Origin: an uncultured Gemmatimonadales bacterium
Lineage (GTDB): Bacteria; Gemmatimonadota; Gemmatimonadetes; Gemmatimonadales; GWC2-71-9
DNA: 64,000 nucleotides
NCBI GenBank assembly: GCA_963695555.1
Contig: CAVOGR010000001.1
Location: forward strand, 736,001-800,000
Direction: 5' to 3'
Shown: positions 8,980 through 18,108 of the stretch, piece by piece
How positions within the stretch are numbered: position 1 is the stretch's first letter
How the letters are laid out: each line of letters opens with the position of its first letter
Position numbers and translations under genes: made by a program
Notes under the pieces: generated by a model
Seen by the model: the letters and a program-made list of their open reading frames with translations, nothing else
Databases searched by the model: none
Told to the model about the DNA's origin: nothing

Positions 8980-9711
8980 ATGGTCCTCGTCCGAAAAATT
9001 GTGGCAATCCTCGCCCTCGTAGCGCTGGGCGGGCTCATCGTGACCCTGGAGCGTGGAGCCTACGGGGTCAATCCTCGGCTGGTGCTAGTCACGCGGGTGC
9101 TGCTGGCGCCGCTGGTCATTACCGCGATCGGGCTCGCGCTCGAGACGTTCTGGAGCCGCTGGCTGGCACTGGCGGGCGCGGTCGCCGTGCTGCCCTGGGC
9201 CGTGGTGCTCACTTTCGGGTTGCCCAAGGGCGCACCGCTCGCGCAGCAGAGCATCGCGTTGGGCGCCGCCCTGCTCTTGCTCGCGAGCCTGACCGGCCAC
9301 GCCATGTTCGAGCGGTACGAGGGGAAGTCGAAAATGGACTGGAGCGGGCCGCGGATGGGTCTGGTGCGCTGGACCATCATCCTGAACATCGCGTCGGTGA
9401 TGGGCCTGGCCCTCTTCGTTTCCCTCTACCGGTATGCCATCGAGTGGCATGTGGCCATTCCCGCGATCCTGCTACTCGGCCTCCTCGTGGGCGTGCTGTT
9501 TCTCGCCACGCAGAAGACCATCGGCCTCTTGCTGGTTGCCGTCAGTTGCGTGCTGTTCGTGCCGGCCGGAATCTACTTCGTGTGGCGGGAAGCCAGTCAC
9601 ACCGGAGAGATGTACTTGTTCGCCGCGGCCTTTTTGCCCGGTGTCATCGCGGGATGGGCCTGTCTGATGGTGTTTGGGAAGCCGATTTGGCGGGCGTTGC
9701 GGGGAGGGTGA
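8980..9711 (+). CDS. Multi-pass membrane hypothetical protein
   Basis: About 8 hydrophobic segments. Confidence 0.65.
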   Translation: MVLVRKIVAILALVALGGLIVTLERGAYGVNPRLVLVTRVLLAPLVITAIGLALETFWSRWLALAGAVAVLPWAVVLTFGLPKGAPLAQQSIALGAALLLLASLTGHAMFERYEGKSKMDWSGPRMGLVRWTIILNIASVMGLALFVSLYRYAIEWHVAIPAILLLGLLVGVLFLATQKTIGLLLVAVSCVLFVPAGIYFVWREASHTGEMYLFAAAFLPGVIAGWACLMVFGKPIWRALRGG

Positions 9712-9750
9712 GGGGATGAAACAGCTAACAGCTGACGTGGGAGGCAGGGG

Positions 9751-9856
9751 GTAGGGTAGTAGGGTCGTAGGCGACACCGCCGATCGATTGTCCTTCTTGC
9801 TACTCTCCGGCTTCCTACATTCCTACTCCCCTTCACTGAGCCAACAGCCAATAGCC
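9751..9856 (+). repeat. ~105-bp intergenic repeat, copy 1
   Basis: Aligns by eye at about 85% identity with 10490-10591. Confidence 0.85.
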
Positions 9857-9940
9857 ACTACCCAGGTCACGCCCAGGGGACGCCCTGAAGCGAGTTTCCC
9901 GGTTAGGAACCGTCGACCTCACGTACTCTGGAGACTCGCT

Positions 9941-10445
9941 ATGAACCACCCCGCGGCCTGGCCTGGACTCGCACTCTTCGCAGGCCTCCTCCTCAGTCCG
10001 TGGATTTCGTTGGCTGCCCAGGATTCTGCGGGGGTCTCGGCGGAGCGCCGGGCGGTGATTCGGGCTCTTCATGTGGGCCAGCGGCTTCGGATCGAGCGGC
10101 CAGGCGGCGCGAGACTCGAGGGGGCATTCTCCGCGGCGAGCGGAGAACAGCCTCGTGGTGGCCGGCGACTTGGGGCTCGCCCAATTGAGTAGCTCGGATA
10201 TCGACAAGCTGTGGGTCCGTGGGCGTGCCACCAAGACCGGAGCGATCATCGGGGGCATCGTCGGCCTCCTGGCCGGTGTCGGGTACGGGCTCCTGCTCGG
10301 CGAAGTCATCTGCAACAACGAGGACTGCAACGCCGACACCGGGACCGTGGTCGCGGCTTTGGGACTGGGTGGCGCCTTGGCAGGGGCGGGTGGAGGCGCC
10401 CTCATCGGAGCGGCCATCCCCAAGTGGCACCTCCGATTTCCATAG
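9941..10445 (+). CDS. Secreted/membrane hypothetical protein with glycine-zipper helices (frameshift near 10140)
   Basis: GGAG RBS and signal peptide in one frame, continuing in the frame encoding GAIIGGIVG...GGALIGAAIPKW. Confidence 0.65.
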
Positions 10446-10489
10446 GCAAGGTGTGCTGGACAGGTAGCAGGTAACGTAGGAGGTAGGAG

Positions 10490-10591
10490 GTAGGGTAGTA
10501 GGTAGGCGCCACCGCCGATCGGTCGTCTTTCTTCCTACTTTCCGACTTCTTACATCCCTACTTCCCTTCACTTCGCCAATAGCCAATAGCC
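10490..10591 (+). repeat. ~100-bp intergenic repeat, copy 2
   Basis: Direct repeat of 9751-9856. Confidence 0.85.
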
Positions 10592-10592
10592 C

Positions 10593-11027
10593 ATGTGCCT
10601 CGTCGTCTACCTGGCCGCCGACCGCCCGCTGCCCTTGATCCCATGGGACGAGCACGCCCGGGGCTTCCACGTGACCGAGCTCACGGGGGAGAAGGACGAG
10701 GCGGTGCGCGGTCAGTTCACGAAGCCGTATGTCTACTATGCCGGGTCGCACACGATCTGCGGCTGCGGCTTCAACTACGGGCAGTACCCCGACGCCGAAG
10801 ATGACCCAGAGGAGCTAGCGCTCACGCAGAAGACCCTCCGCGACATGAGCGAGTACCTGGCGGGCGCGCTGGAGGATGGCGCCATTATCGAGCTGTTCGC
10901 GTGTTGGGAGGGGGATCAGGCGGCTCGGGTGGAGCACCGGCGGGAGATCGTTCCGGATACGATCCGTGCTGGCGGTTTTGGGTTTCGTGAAAAGGAGCTG
11001 ACCGTCGTCCGCTACTCGGCCGGGTAA
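10593..11027 (+). CDS. Hypothetical Cys-motif protein (possible metal binding)
   Basis: MCL start, SHTICGCGF and CWEGD motifs. Confidence 0.7.
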   Translation: MCLVVYLAADRPLPLIPWDEHARGFHVTELTGEKDEAVRGQFTKPYVYYAGSHTICGCGFNYGQYPDAEDDPEELALTQKTLRDMSEYLAGALEDGAIIELFACWEGDQAARVEHRREIVPDTIRAGGFGFREKELTVVRYSAG

Positions 11028-11050
11028 CGAGGGGCCACTGCTCCCGGCAA

Positions 11051-12853
11051 CTACGGCACGGCGCTCACGATAGCCTCGACATACGCCAGCAGGCGCTCGG
11101 GATCGCCCAGGTCGAAGTGCCCAGCGCCGTGCTCGATCACGATCGAGCCTTCCCGGTAGCGCGGGCCGAAGATGCCGCGGTCGAGGTTCTGGAGCTTGAG
11201 ATCCTGCACAACGGAATTGCTCGACCTGGAGTCCGAGAAGACGCACGCCAGATGCCGTACCCGCTCGGCGGCCGCTCGATACCATTCGACGAAGCGAGCC
11301 GGATCCTTGCCCGGGAAGGGCCGCACGACCTGTTGGGCGTATCCCGTCAGCACCTCGATGTCGTCGTGGAACTTGCGGAAGATCTCCACGAGATATGAGT
11401 GGATGTCGATCCACTCTTGCAGGGTGCGGGCCTGGGTACCCATGGCCTGAAGCTCGTCGATGATGTGGGCCGGCTCATCGGTGGACAGGTTGGCCAGCAC
11501 GCGCGACACGAAACAGGTGTCGTGGTTCAGGTTACAGTCCAACGACAGGAACGCATCCACGGTGACGGGCGGGTCCGGCTGGGCTGATAGGATCTCGAAG
11601 CCCAGGTCGGCGCCCGACGAGTGCCCTACCAGGATGGTGACAGCGGGGCGGAGCCGCTCGATCGCGTTGCGCAGAAGTTCCAACATCAGCGTGACGTGAT
11701 CGTCCATTGCCAGCGGAATCCGATGCGGGGCCGTCCGGTCGAACCCGTACTGGGTGGGCGCAATACCGCGATAGGGCGAGCGCTCGAGAATGCCGGCAAA
11801 CGCCTGCTGATCGCGGCACATGCCGTGGAGGTAGCACACCAGTACACCGGACTCGACCTGGTTGTCCAGGTAGTGCATCCGGTCGCCGATCATGCGGGGG
11901 TCGAGCCGCTCACGGGAGAGCTTCCGGCACACGTCCTCACGCAAAACGAAGCTCGCGTTCACCAGCGGATTCGATCGACGTCCACCGACGCCCGTTCCGG
12001 CTGGAACAGCCGCCGCCAGCACCCGGTCGAGCAGCGGGAGCATGTCCTCGGCCCGCTGCCAACGGTCGGCCGGGTTCTTCTCCAGGCATTTCATCACCAC
12101 CTGCTCGAGGCCGGCCGGGACGGTCATCCGCACTTTGGCCAGCGGCTCCGGGATCTTCTTGAAGTGGCTCGCGATGACCTGCATCACGGTGGCGCCCGTG
12201 AAGGGCGGCGCGCCGGCAAACATCTCGTAGGCCACGACACCGAGGGCGTAGATGTCGGCCCGGTTATCAATGTCGACCTCGCCCGCAGCCTGTTCGGGCG
12301 CCATGTAGGCCGGGGTGCCGAGGGCGGTGCCGACGGTGGTAAGCCGTGACGTGTCACCGGCGGCGGTGACGGCCTTGCCTACGCCGAAGTCGGTGATGAC
12401 CGCGTGGCGGCCGGTGAGCATGATGTTTTCGGGCTTGATATCCCGATGCACAAAGCCCTGCGCATGGGCATAGGCCAGCGCATCGATCACCTCGTGCAGG
12501 ATCCTGACGCCCTCTGGAATCGGCAGGCTCTTGTCGCGCTCGAGCCGCTGGCGCAGCGTCTCGCCTTCGACGTACGGCATGGTGTAGAACAGGTGCCCGT
12601 CGGCCTCGCCCGAATCGTGGAGCGGGAGGATGTTGGGGTGCATCAGTTGGGCGGCGATGGCGATTTCCCGAAGGAACCGCTCCTTTCCCACCGCCGCCGC
12701 CAGCTCCGGCAGCAGCACCTTGAGCGCCACCTGGCGGCCATGCTTCACGTCGTGGGCCAGGTAGACAGTCGCCATGCCACCGCGTCCGATTTCGCGTTCG
12801 ATGGCGTAATTGGCGGCCAGGGCAGGGGTAATCCGTTCGATGGTCTTCCGCAT
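11051..12853 (-). CDS. Ser/Thr protein kinase fused to a C-terminal alpha/beta-hydrolase domain
   Basis: Kinase motifs GRGGMATV, VALK, HRDIKPEN, DFG, APE; hydrolase motifs YLHG, GHSSG, GAGHF. Confidence 0.88.
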   Translation of the reverse strand: MRKTIERITPALAANYAIEREIGRGGMATVYLAHDVKHGRQVALKVLLPELAAAVGKERFLREIAIAAQLMHPNILPLHDSGEADGHLFYTMPYVEGETLRQRLERDKSLPIPEGVRILHEVIDALAYAHAQGFVHRDIKPENIMLTGRHAVITDFGVGKAVTAAGDTSRLTTVGTALGTPAYMAPEQAAGEVDIDNRADIYALGVVAYEMFAGAPPFTGATVMQVIASHFKKIPEPLAKVRMTVPAGLEQVVMKCLEKNPADRWQRAEDMLPLLDRVLAAAVPAGTGVGGRRSNPLVNASFVLREDVCRKLSRERLDPRMIGDRMHYLDNQVESGVLVCYLHGMCRDQQAFAGILERSPYRGIAPTQYGFDRTAPHRIPLAMDDHVTLMLELLRNAIERLRPAVTILVGHSSGADLGFEILSAQPDPPVTVDAFLSLDCNLNHDTCFVSRVLANLSTDEPAHIIDELQAMGTQARTLQEWIDIHSYLVEIFRKFHDDIEVLTGYAQQVVRPFPGKDPARFVEWYRAAAERVRHLACVFSDSRSSNSVVQDLKLQNLDRGIFGPRYREGSIVIEHGAGHFDLGDPERLLAYVEAIVSAVP

Positions 12854-13102
12854 AGGGAAGCAAAGATACTGAAGCACTCGGCCGCCCGCGAGGGGACGAA
12901 AGACGCTCCTTCCGTTTCAAAACGTGGCTGCTGAGGGGATGGAGCCGATCGCCGCACTCGAGGAATCGATCAAATACCCCCGGGAGTAGGCGGTTCCCGC
13001 CATGCTGGCCTCAGTGGCATTGTCTCCCCTAGCCACCAATCCGCTGGTGTCTCTCGGGAGATGTCTGCATCTTGCATTGTGGGATCACGAACCTGGGAGG
13101 CA

Positions 13103-13288
13103 ATGCAGATGCTCAACCTCGAGATGCGCGACGACGTCGACCCCGTCTGCCCCCATTGCGATGATACGCTCAGGAAGGTGAATTATCGGGAACTGAAGGA
13201 GTTCTTCGGGCGGCGGACCGTCTATTTCTGCCCGGCCTGCCGGAAGACGCTTGGCTTCTCGCACCGGAAGGGCTTCTGGATGGGATGA
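13103..13288 (+). CDS. Small zinc-ribbon protein (CPHC...CPAC)
   Basis: GGAGG RBS; two CxxC motifs; paralog at 62984. Confidence 0.8.
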   Translation: MQMLNLEMRDDVDPVCPHCDDTLRKVNYRELKEFFGRRTVYFCPACRKTLGFSHRKGFWMG

Positions 13289-13326
13289 GGGTGGGGAGTA
13301 GGGAGTAGGGAGTAGGGAGTGAGGAG
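13289..13326 (+). repeat. Heptamer tandem repeat (GGGAGTA)n
   Basis: gggagta x3 plus variants after the stop. Confidence 0.85.
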
Positions 13327-13369
13327 GAAATCACTGGCTCGTTGCTGAGCCTGAAGACCGGAGCGACCG

Positions 13370-13588
13370 ATGACCGAAAATCTCCCGGTGAAGTACACGC
13401 GGACCGATCTCGACAACGCCAAGACCAAGGGCCAACTGATCGGCTGGGTGCAGGCAGGCGCCGTGGTCCTCGGCGGCGTGCTCCTTCTCAAGGCGATCGG
13501 CCTGATCCCCGTCCTGCTCGTGGTGGGTGCGGCGGCCTTCATCGGCTACAAGGTGGTGACGAGGAAGAAGACCGGAGGGAGTGCGTAG
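13370..13588 (+). CDS. Small 2-TM membrane protein
   Basis: GGAG RBS; hydrophobic hairpin with a basic tail. Confidence 0.7.
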   Translation: MTENLPVKYTRTDLDNAKTKGQLIGWVQAGAVVLGGVLLLKAIGLIPVLLVVGAAAFIGYKVVTRKKTGGSA

Positions 13589-13659
13589 GAGAGTAGGAAG
13601 GAGGAGGCCCGGCTGCCCTTCGCCCCTCAGTGTCCCGACTCTCCTACCTTTCTACCTTC

Positions 13660-14061
13660 CTACTTCCTGAAAAACGGAATCTCGTTGCGCCGAATGCGCG
13701 CCACGATGACGGCGGCGATGAGGGTGACAATGGCCATTCCAAAGAGAGTCCCGCCGTCGCCCTGCACGTTGATACCCAATATGGTGAGGTGACTTCCCAG
13801 GGCACCGACCATGAGCCCGATCGCCAAGAGCGCTCCCACGCCCGCCGTGCGCGGGATGAGAAGCAACACGACCGTGACCAACTCGACCATGCCGGTGGCA
13901 TAGCGTCCCCACGGCTCGACCCCCAAGCGCTCGAAGATGTAGATGGCTTCCGGAGCGCCGGTGAACTTGAAGAAGAGGCTCTGGCCGAGGATCGCGGCCG
14001 CGATGATCTGACCGACCCAACTCAGTCGAAAGGCGTTGCGCGATGGATGGTCATCTGGCAT
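13660..14061 (-). CDS. DoxX family membrane protein
   Basis: LFFKFTGAPE.IYIF..LG.EPWGR...G..EL and GALGSHLT motifs. Confidence 0.85.
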   Translation of the reverse strand: MPDDHPSRNAFRLSWVGQIIAAAILGQSLFFKFTGAPEAIYIFERLGVEPWGRYATGMVELVTVVLLLIPRTAGVGALLAIGLMVGALGSHLTILGINVQGDGGTLFGMAIVTLIAAVIVARIRRNEIPFFRK

Positions 14062-14200
14062 GGGCGTTCGCTCCGTTGTTGAAGAACTCGAGGGACTGCC
14101 TCAATCACTGAACACGGGAGCGGGCGGGTTGGTTCCCGATGCCCTAATCCTGCATCACATCCCAATCTCCCACTCGCTACTTCCTACCACACGCCACCTC

Positions 14201-14932
14201 ATGTCTATCATCTCCATCGACCTGGCCTACAAGCACTACGACGACATCGGTCTAGCCGTGCTGGATGAGCGAGACGATATGATCGACGTCACGTTCGTGT
14301 CCTTGCGAGATGCCGGCCTGGCCGACCCGCCGTCGCCCGATGCGTGCGCCATGTTCATCGCCGAGTTCGCCGCCGAGTTGGGTGCCCGGGTGGTGCTGCT
14401 GGACGGACCGCAGGGATGGAAGGCGCCGGACAATAGTCTCGAGCACTCCAGGGTATGTGAGCGAGAGCTCAACACGCCGGCCAAGACGGGGCTTCCCGGG
14501 CAGGTGAAGCCGGCCCCGTACGGCCCGTTCGTGGAGTTCTCGATAGCGGTGTTCGACTATCTCGACGGGCTCTCGTGGCCCCGCCTTCAGCAACTGGCAC
14601 TGGTAGGAACATCGCGCGGGGTCGCGGTCGAGTCCTTTCCCTTTGCCGCCTGGCGTGCGCTCGGCATCGCTCCCCTGCCGTCCAAGGCCAAGGCGACGGC
14701 AGACGATGTGTCCAGCCGGGCGGTCCTCCTGGCGGAACGGTTCGGGCTCCGGCTCGCCGCAGAGCCGACCCATGACCAGCTTCAGGCCATGGTAAGCGGA
14801 CTCGGCGGCCTTGGCGTCGAGCTCGAGGACGGCACGCGGGCCGCCGCTGCGGGCATTGCGCCGGCGCTGGTCGATGGGACGTGGCGGGAGGGATACATCG
14901 TGACCCCGCGGCTCGACGGCTGGACCCGCTAG
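14201..14932 (+). CDS. DUF429-like (RNase H-fold) putative nuclease
   Basis: ISIDLA, VLLDGPQGW, R.CE and VESFP motifs. Confidence 0.65.
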   Translation: MSIISIDLAYKHYDDIGLAVLDERDDMIDVTFVSLRDAGLADPPSPDACAMFIAEFAAELGARVVLLDGPQGWKAPDNSLEHSRVCERELNTPAKTGLPGQVKPAPYGPFVEFSIAVFDYLDGLSWPRLQQLALVGTSRGVAVESFPFAAWRALGIAPLPSKAKATADDVSSRAVLLAERFGLRLAAEPTHDQLQAMVSGLGGLGVELEDGTRAAAAGIAPALVDGTWREGYIVTPRLDGWTR

Positions 14933-14945
14933 CGGCCGACAGCTC

Positions 14946-15524
14946 ATGCCGTGGATCCCGTTCTACGCAACCGAGAGCGACCTGGCCGAGGTCGTCCGCT
15001 GGCTGTCCGAGGACCCGGAGATCGAGTTCATCGTCTCGGCCGGTCCCAAGCGATGGGTTGCGCGTCCGTCGCTCGACGGCGTGCACTTCGACCGAATCGC
15101 CCTCTGGCACAAACCGTCGGGGCCGCTGCCTCTGGTACCCGGCAGGGCCTGGCAACGCGAACGGTGGATCGAGCATCCGGAACTGGGCTGGAAAGAGCGC
15201 AGTACCGCGAGCGACCGGACAATTCCGTTCTTCGGGGCGGGGCATCCCGGGGTCATATGGTTCAACGCCGTCACCGCCGGCCCCCAAGGCGAGGATATTG
15301 GGATGTCGAGCTTCGAGTGGATCGGAAACCGCTACCGGAGCGAGGGGTCGGTGGCGCATCCGGCTACGGAGCGATGGTGGAGCAGGCTCCGGGAACGCAT
15401 GAAGGAGGACGGAGTTCAGGTACCGCGGTCGGGTCCACTCGACGGGCCGGATCCAGAGATCTGGGCGTTGCCAGAGGCCCGCTCACTCATAATCAGCGGA
15501 GCGACCAGGTCCATCAATCCATGA
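14946..15524 (+). CDS. Hypothetical Trp-rich protein
   Basis: Plausible ORF directly downstream of the previous gene; no recognisable motif. Confidence 0.6.
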   Translation: MPWIPFYATESDLAEVVRWLSEDPEIEFIVSAGPKRWVARPSLDGVHFDRIALWHKPSGPLPLVPGRAWQRERWIEHPELGWKERSTASDRTIPFFGAGHPGVIWFNAVTAGPQGEDIGMSSFEWIGNRYRSEGSVAHPATERWWSRLRERMKEDGVQVPRSGPLDGPDPEIWALPEARSLIISGATRSINP

Positions 15525-15578
15525 CCGGCGGGACGAGGTGGCCTAACCAGGCCCCCCGCAGGGGTCCGCGCCGGTTTC

Positions 15579-16028
15579 TCAGCCGACCCTGCCAAATAGC
15601 TGCTCGAGGCGGTTGAGGCAACTGGTCCATCCCTGCTCATGGCCGGCCTTCGCCTCGGCGGTTGGGAACAGCTCGTGGGTCAGGACAACCTCGGTGGTTC
15701 CGCCGAGGTCGGTGAACTCGACCGTGACGAGCGTCTCCCCGACGCGGGAATCCTCTTCTTCCCAGTCCCAGGTGTACACCAACCGGCGTGGGCGGTCGAT
15801 CTCCCGATAGCGTCCGGTTGCTGTATGCACCGCGCCGTCTCCGCCCTGCATGCGGAGCCGGTAGGCTCCGCCGACCGTAAGATCCACCTGGGCATCTACC
15901 ACCGTTGCGCTCTCGGGGCAGGACCACTGCTTGAGGTGTTCGGGCTCGGTCCACGCCCGAAACACGGTATTGGGGTCGGCGTTGATCAGCCTGCTCACCT
16001 GCAGGAACGTCCTCGTGTCGGTGTTCAT
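15579..16028 (-). CDS. SRPBCC/AHSA1 family protein
   Basis: [29 protein letters not shown] and HEQGWTSCL motifs. Confidence 0.9.
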   Translation of the reverse strand: MNTDTRTFLQVSRLINADPNTVFRAWTEPEHLKQWSCPESATVVDAQVDLTVGGAYRLRMQGGDGAVHTATGRYREIDRPRRLVYTWDWEEEDSRVGETLVTVEFTDLGGTTEVVLTHELFPTAEAKAGHEQGWTSCLNRLEQLFGRVG

Positions 16029-16378
16029 GTGTCCTGCTCCGTCCTCGTGGTGGATAGTTTCTGCCCGAGATACCGTGACAGCGAGTCGAGCCTCCCCTCC
16101 CAAAACGCGCGGTAGCGATCGACCCAACGTGCCGCCTCCCCCATGGGGGTGGCGTCCAGCTTGCAGCGGCTGATCCGTCCTTCGCTGGCCCGCCGCACCA
16201 GCCCGGCGCGCTCGAGCACCCGCAGGTGTTTCGAGATGGCCGGACGCGACACCGCGAATGGCCGCGCCAACTCTCCGACGGTGGCGTCCCCGTCGGCAAG
16301 CCGGGCCAGGATGGCCCGCCGTGTAGGGTCGGCCAAGGCGCCAAAGGTGCGATCGAGCCGCCGGGAAATGGTAACCAT
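16025..16378 (-). CDS. ArsR/SmtB family transcriptional regulator
   Basis: [13 protein letters not shown] and [18 protein letters not shown] motifs. Confidence 0.93.
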   Translation of the reverse strand: MVTISRRLDRTFGALADPTRRAILARLADGDATVGELARPFAVSRPAISKHLRVLERAGLVRRASEGRISRCKLDATPMGEAARWVDRYRAFWEGRLDSLSRYLGQKLSTTRTEQDT

Positions 16379-16388
16379 ATGGTTACCA
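16369..16388. promoter_or_regulatory. Perfect 20-bp palindrome, probable ArsR autoregulatory operator
   Basis: TGGTAACCATATGGTTACCA overlapping the ArsR start codon. Confidence 0.75.
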
Positions 16389-16426
16389 ATATGGCCAATG
16401 CGCTACGGGCGGTCAAGCCCTCCTTC

Positions 16427-17128
16427 TTATCCGTACGTCACGCCGGGGTAGAGCAGATTCACCGCGAGCAGGAAGACCGGTTGGAACACATAGTCGAACA
16501 CGTACCAGGCGGCCAGGATTCCGACCCAGCCAAGTGCAGGGTTGCCCCAGAGCAACTCTTGGTACCGCGGCACGGTCGACTTGGGAAGCGCCAACACCAG
16601 GGCACCACTCCCGTCGAGCGGCGGGAACGGCAACATGTTGAGAAGCAACAGCACCAGGTTGAGCGAGAAGAAGGCCCCCAGCACGAAGGCCACGGTGTCC
16701 ATCGGGCCCTGTGCAGTAGCAGCGGTCACGTGTCCGAACGAGACCGATTCAGGCGAGTGGAAGATGTTGGCCGCGACGCCGGCGCTGATGACCAGTGCCG
16801 CAAGAAGGAGCAAGAGCAGGTTGGCGGCCGGTCCGGCCAGCGCCATCCAGGCTGCCCGCCGGGGGTGCTGCCGGGCCCAGTTGGCATCGTACGGCGCGCT
16901 GGCGAATCCGAACGGCCAGCCGGAGATCAGCACTGAGAGAATCGGCAGGCCCACCATGCCCAACGGCTCGCGGCGAATGTGGGGGCGCGGGTCGAGCGAG
17001 ACCTGACCGCCGTGGTAGGCCGTGAGATCGCCGCCGCGCTTGGCGGCCCATGCGTGCGCCGCCTCATGGAGCGTGGTGGAGAAGAGGAAGACGATGTAGT
17101 AGACGATGCCATCCGCGAGATTAGGCAT
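16427..17128 (-). CDS. Site-2 protease (peptidase M50) family protein
   Basis: HEAAH, ALAGPAAN and NMLPFPPLDG motifs. Confidence 0.92.
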   Translation of the reverse strand: MPNLADGIVYYIVFLFSTTLHEAAHAWAAKRGGDLTAYHGGQVSLDPRPHIRREPLGMVGLPILSVLISGWPFGFASAPYDANWARQHPRRAAWMALAGPAANLLLLLLAALVISAGVAANIFHSPESVSFGHVTAATAQGPMDTVAFVLGAFFSLNLVLLLLNMLPFPPLDGSGALVLALPKSTVPRYQELLWGNPALGWVGILAAWYVFDYVFQPVFLLAVNLLYPGVTYG

Positions 17129-17203
17129 GCCGCGTGCTGAGCTCCTTGGAGGTGGCGCTCGATCTCTTGAATTTCGATGGGTGCCGCCGGCCGCGAGAGC
17201 GGA

Positions 17204-17671
17204 TCACGTCGGAACACGGCCTTTTCGCTGGAGCCACCATCGCATGCAGCGGTGACCCAGGTCGACCGGTTCACAGAACATGAGCGGGCAGCCGCCGACG
17301 ATGCACTCGATGCCGAGTTCTCTACACGCGGTCACCGCCTCATCCGACACGCTGCCCTGGCCGAAGGAGCGGTGAAACCACACCCGGCCAACTTCGCGTT
17401 TGGCGCACTGCTGGACCAGTTCGACCGCGACACTCGGATGGGTCGCGATGACCAGACCATCGACTGACCCCCGCACGGACATGAGATCAGGGTGGCACCG
17501 ATCGCCCTCGACCTCGGATGCCTTTGGATTAATGGGAAACATGTCGTAGCCGGCCTGCTTCAGTCTTCGGTAGACGGTGTTGGCCGCCTGGCCTCGATTC
17601 CGGGAAACGCCGGCAACCGCAATGCGGCTTCCGGCCAGAAACTGAGCGACTGACTCCGGGACCGGCGTCAT
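17204..17671 (-). CDS. CoA-binding domain protein
   Basis: IAVAGVSR, PINP, VWF and C-terminal GGCPLM motifs. Confidence 0.85.
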   Translation of the reverse strand: MTPVPESVAQFLAGSRIAVAGVSRNRGQAANTVYRRLKQAGYDMFPINPKASEVEGDRCHPDLMSVRGSVDGLVIATHPSVAVELVQQCAKREVGRVWFHRSFGQGSVSDEAVTACRELGIECIVGGCPLMFCEPVDLGHRCMRWWLQRKGRVPT

Positions 17672-17695
17672 GGTCGGTTCCTCCGCGCCTTCCGG

Positions 17696-17953
17696 CTAAT
17701 GGGTCTCCTCCGCCCATACCTCGGCCGCTCCGTCGACGTCGTACGCCACCCGCAGCCGCCACGGCCGGCAGCAGACCGGGCAATCCTCCACGTACTGCTG
17801 CGTGGTACCGCCTCCTGGATCGATTCCTACTGAGACGGTCTCGCCGCAGTAGGGGCACTCGACCTCGGCCTCGGTCTCGAGGTCCGCGTCCTCGATCGCT
17901 TCGACCTCGTCTTCCCATTGGCCGGCCATCTCATCCATGGGCTCGGAAGGCAT
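17696..17953 (-). CDS. CPXCG-motif cysteine-rich small protein
   Basis: CPYCGE...QQYVEDCPVCCRP. Confidence 0.85.
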   Translation of the reverse strand: MPSEPMDEMAGQWEDEVEAIEDADLETEAEVECPYCGETVSVGIDPGGGTTQQYVEDCPVCCRPWRLRVAYDVDGAAEVWAEETH

Positions 17954-18108
17954 CGCCGCCCCTCAGGTTGTGTGCGACCCTCGTGCTGGATCGAAGAACC
18001 CAATTATGAGGGTATCCGCTGAGATGCGCCATGTTTGCCTCGTCGATCGTGAGGCGACAGATTCCTTCTCGGATCCGTTTGTCGCCGCTCCCCACGCACG
18101 GAGCCTCA

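Noticed and set aside
5200..15524. Integron cassette array (many small, unrelated, mostly co-oriented genes)
   Set aside because: No integrase in the window and no convincing RYYYAAC...GTTRRRY attC pairs in the spacers.
14201..15524. Anti-phage or toxin-antitoxin pair (DUF429-like nuclease plus hypothetical protein)
   Set aside because: No defence-island context or recognisable partner motif.
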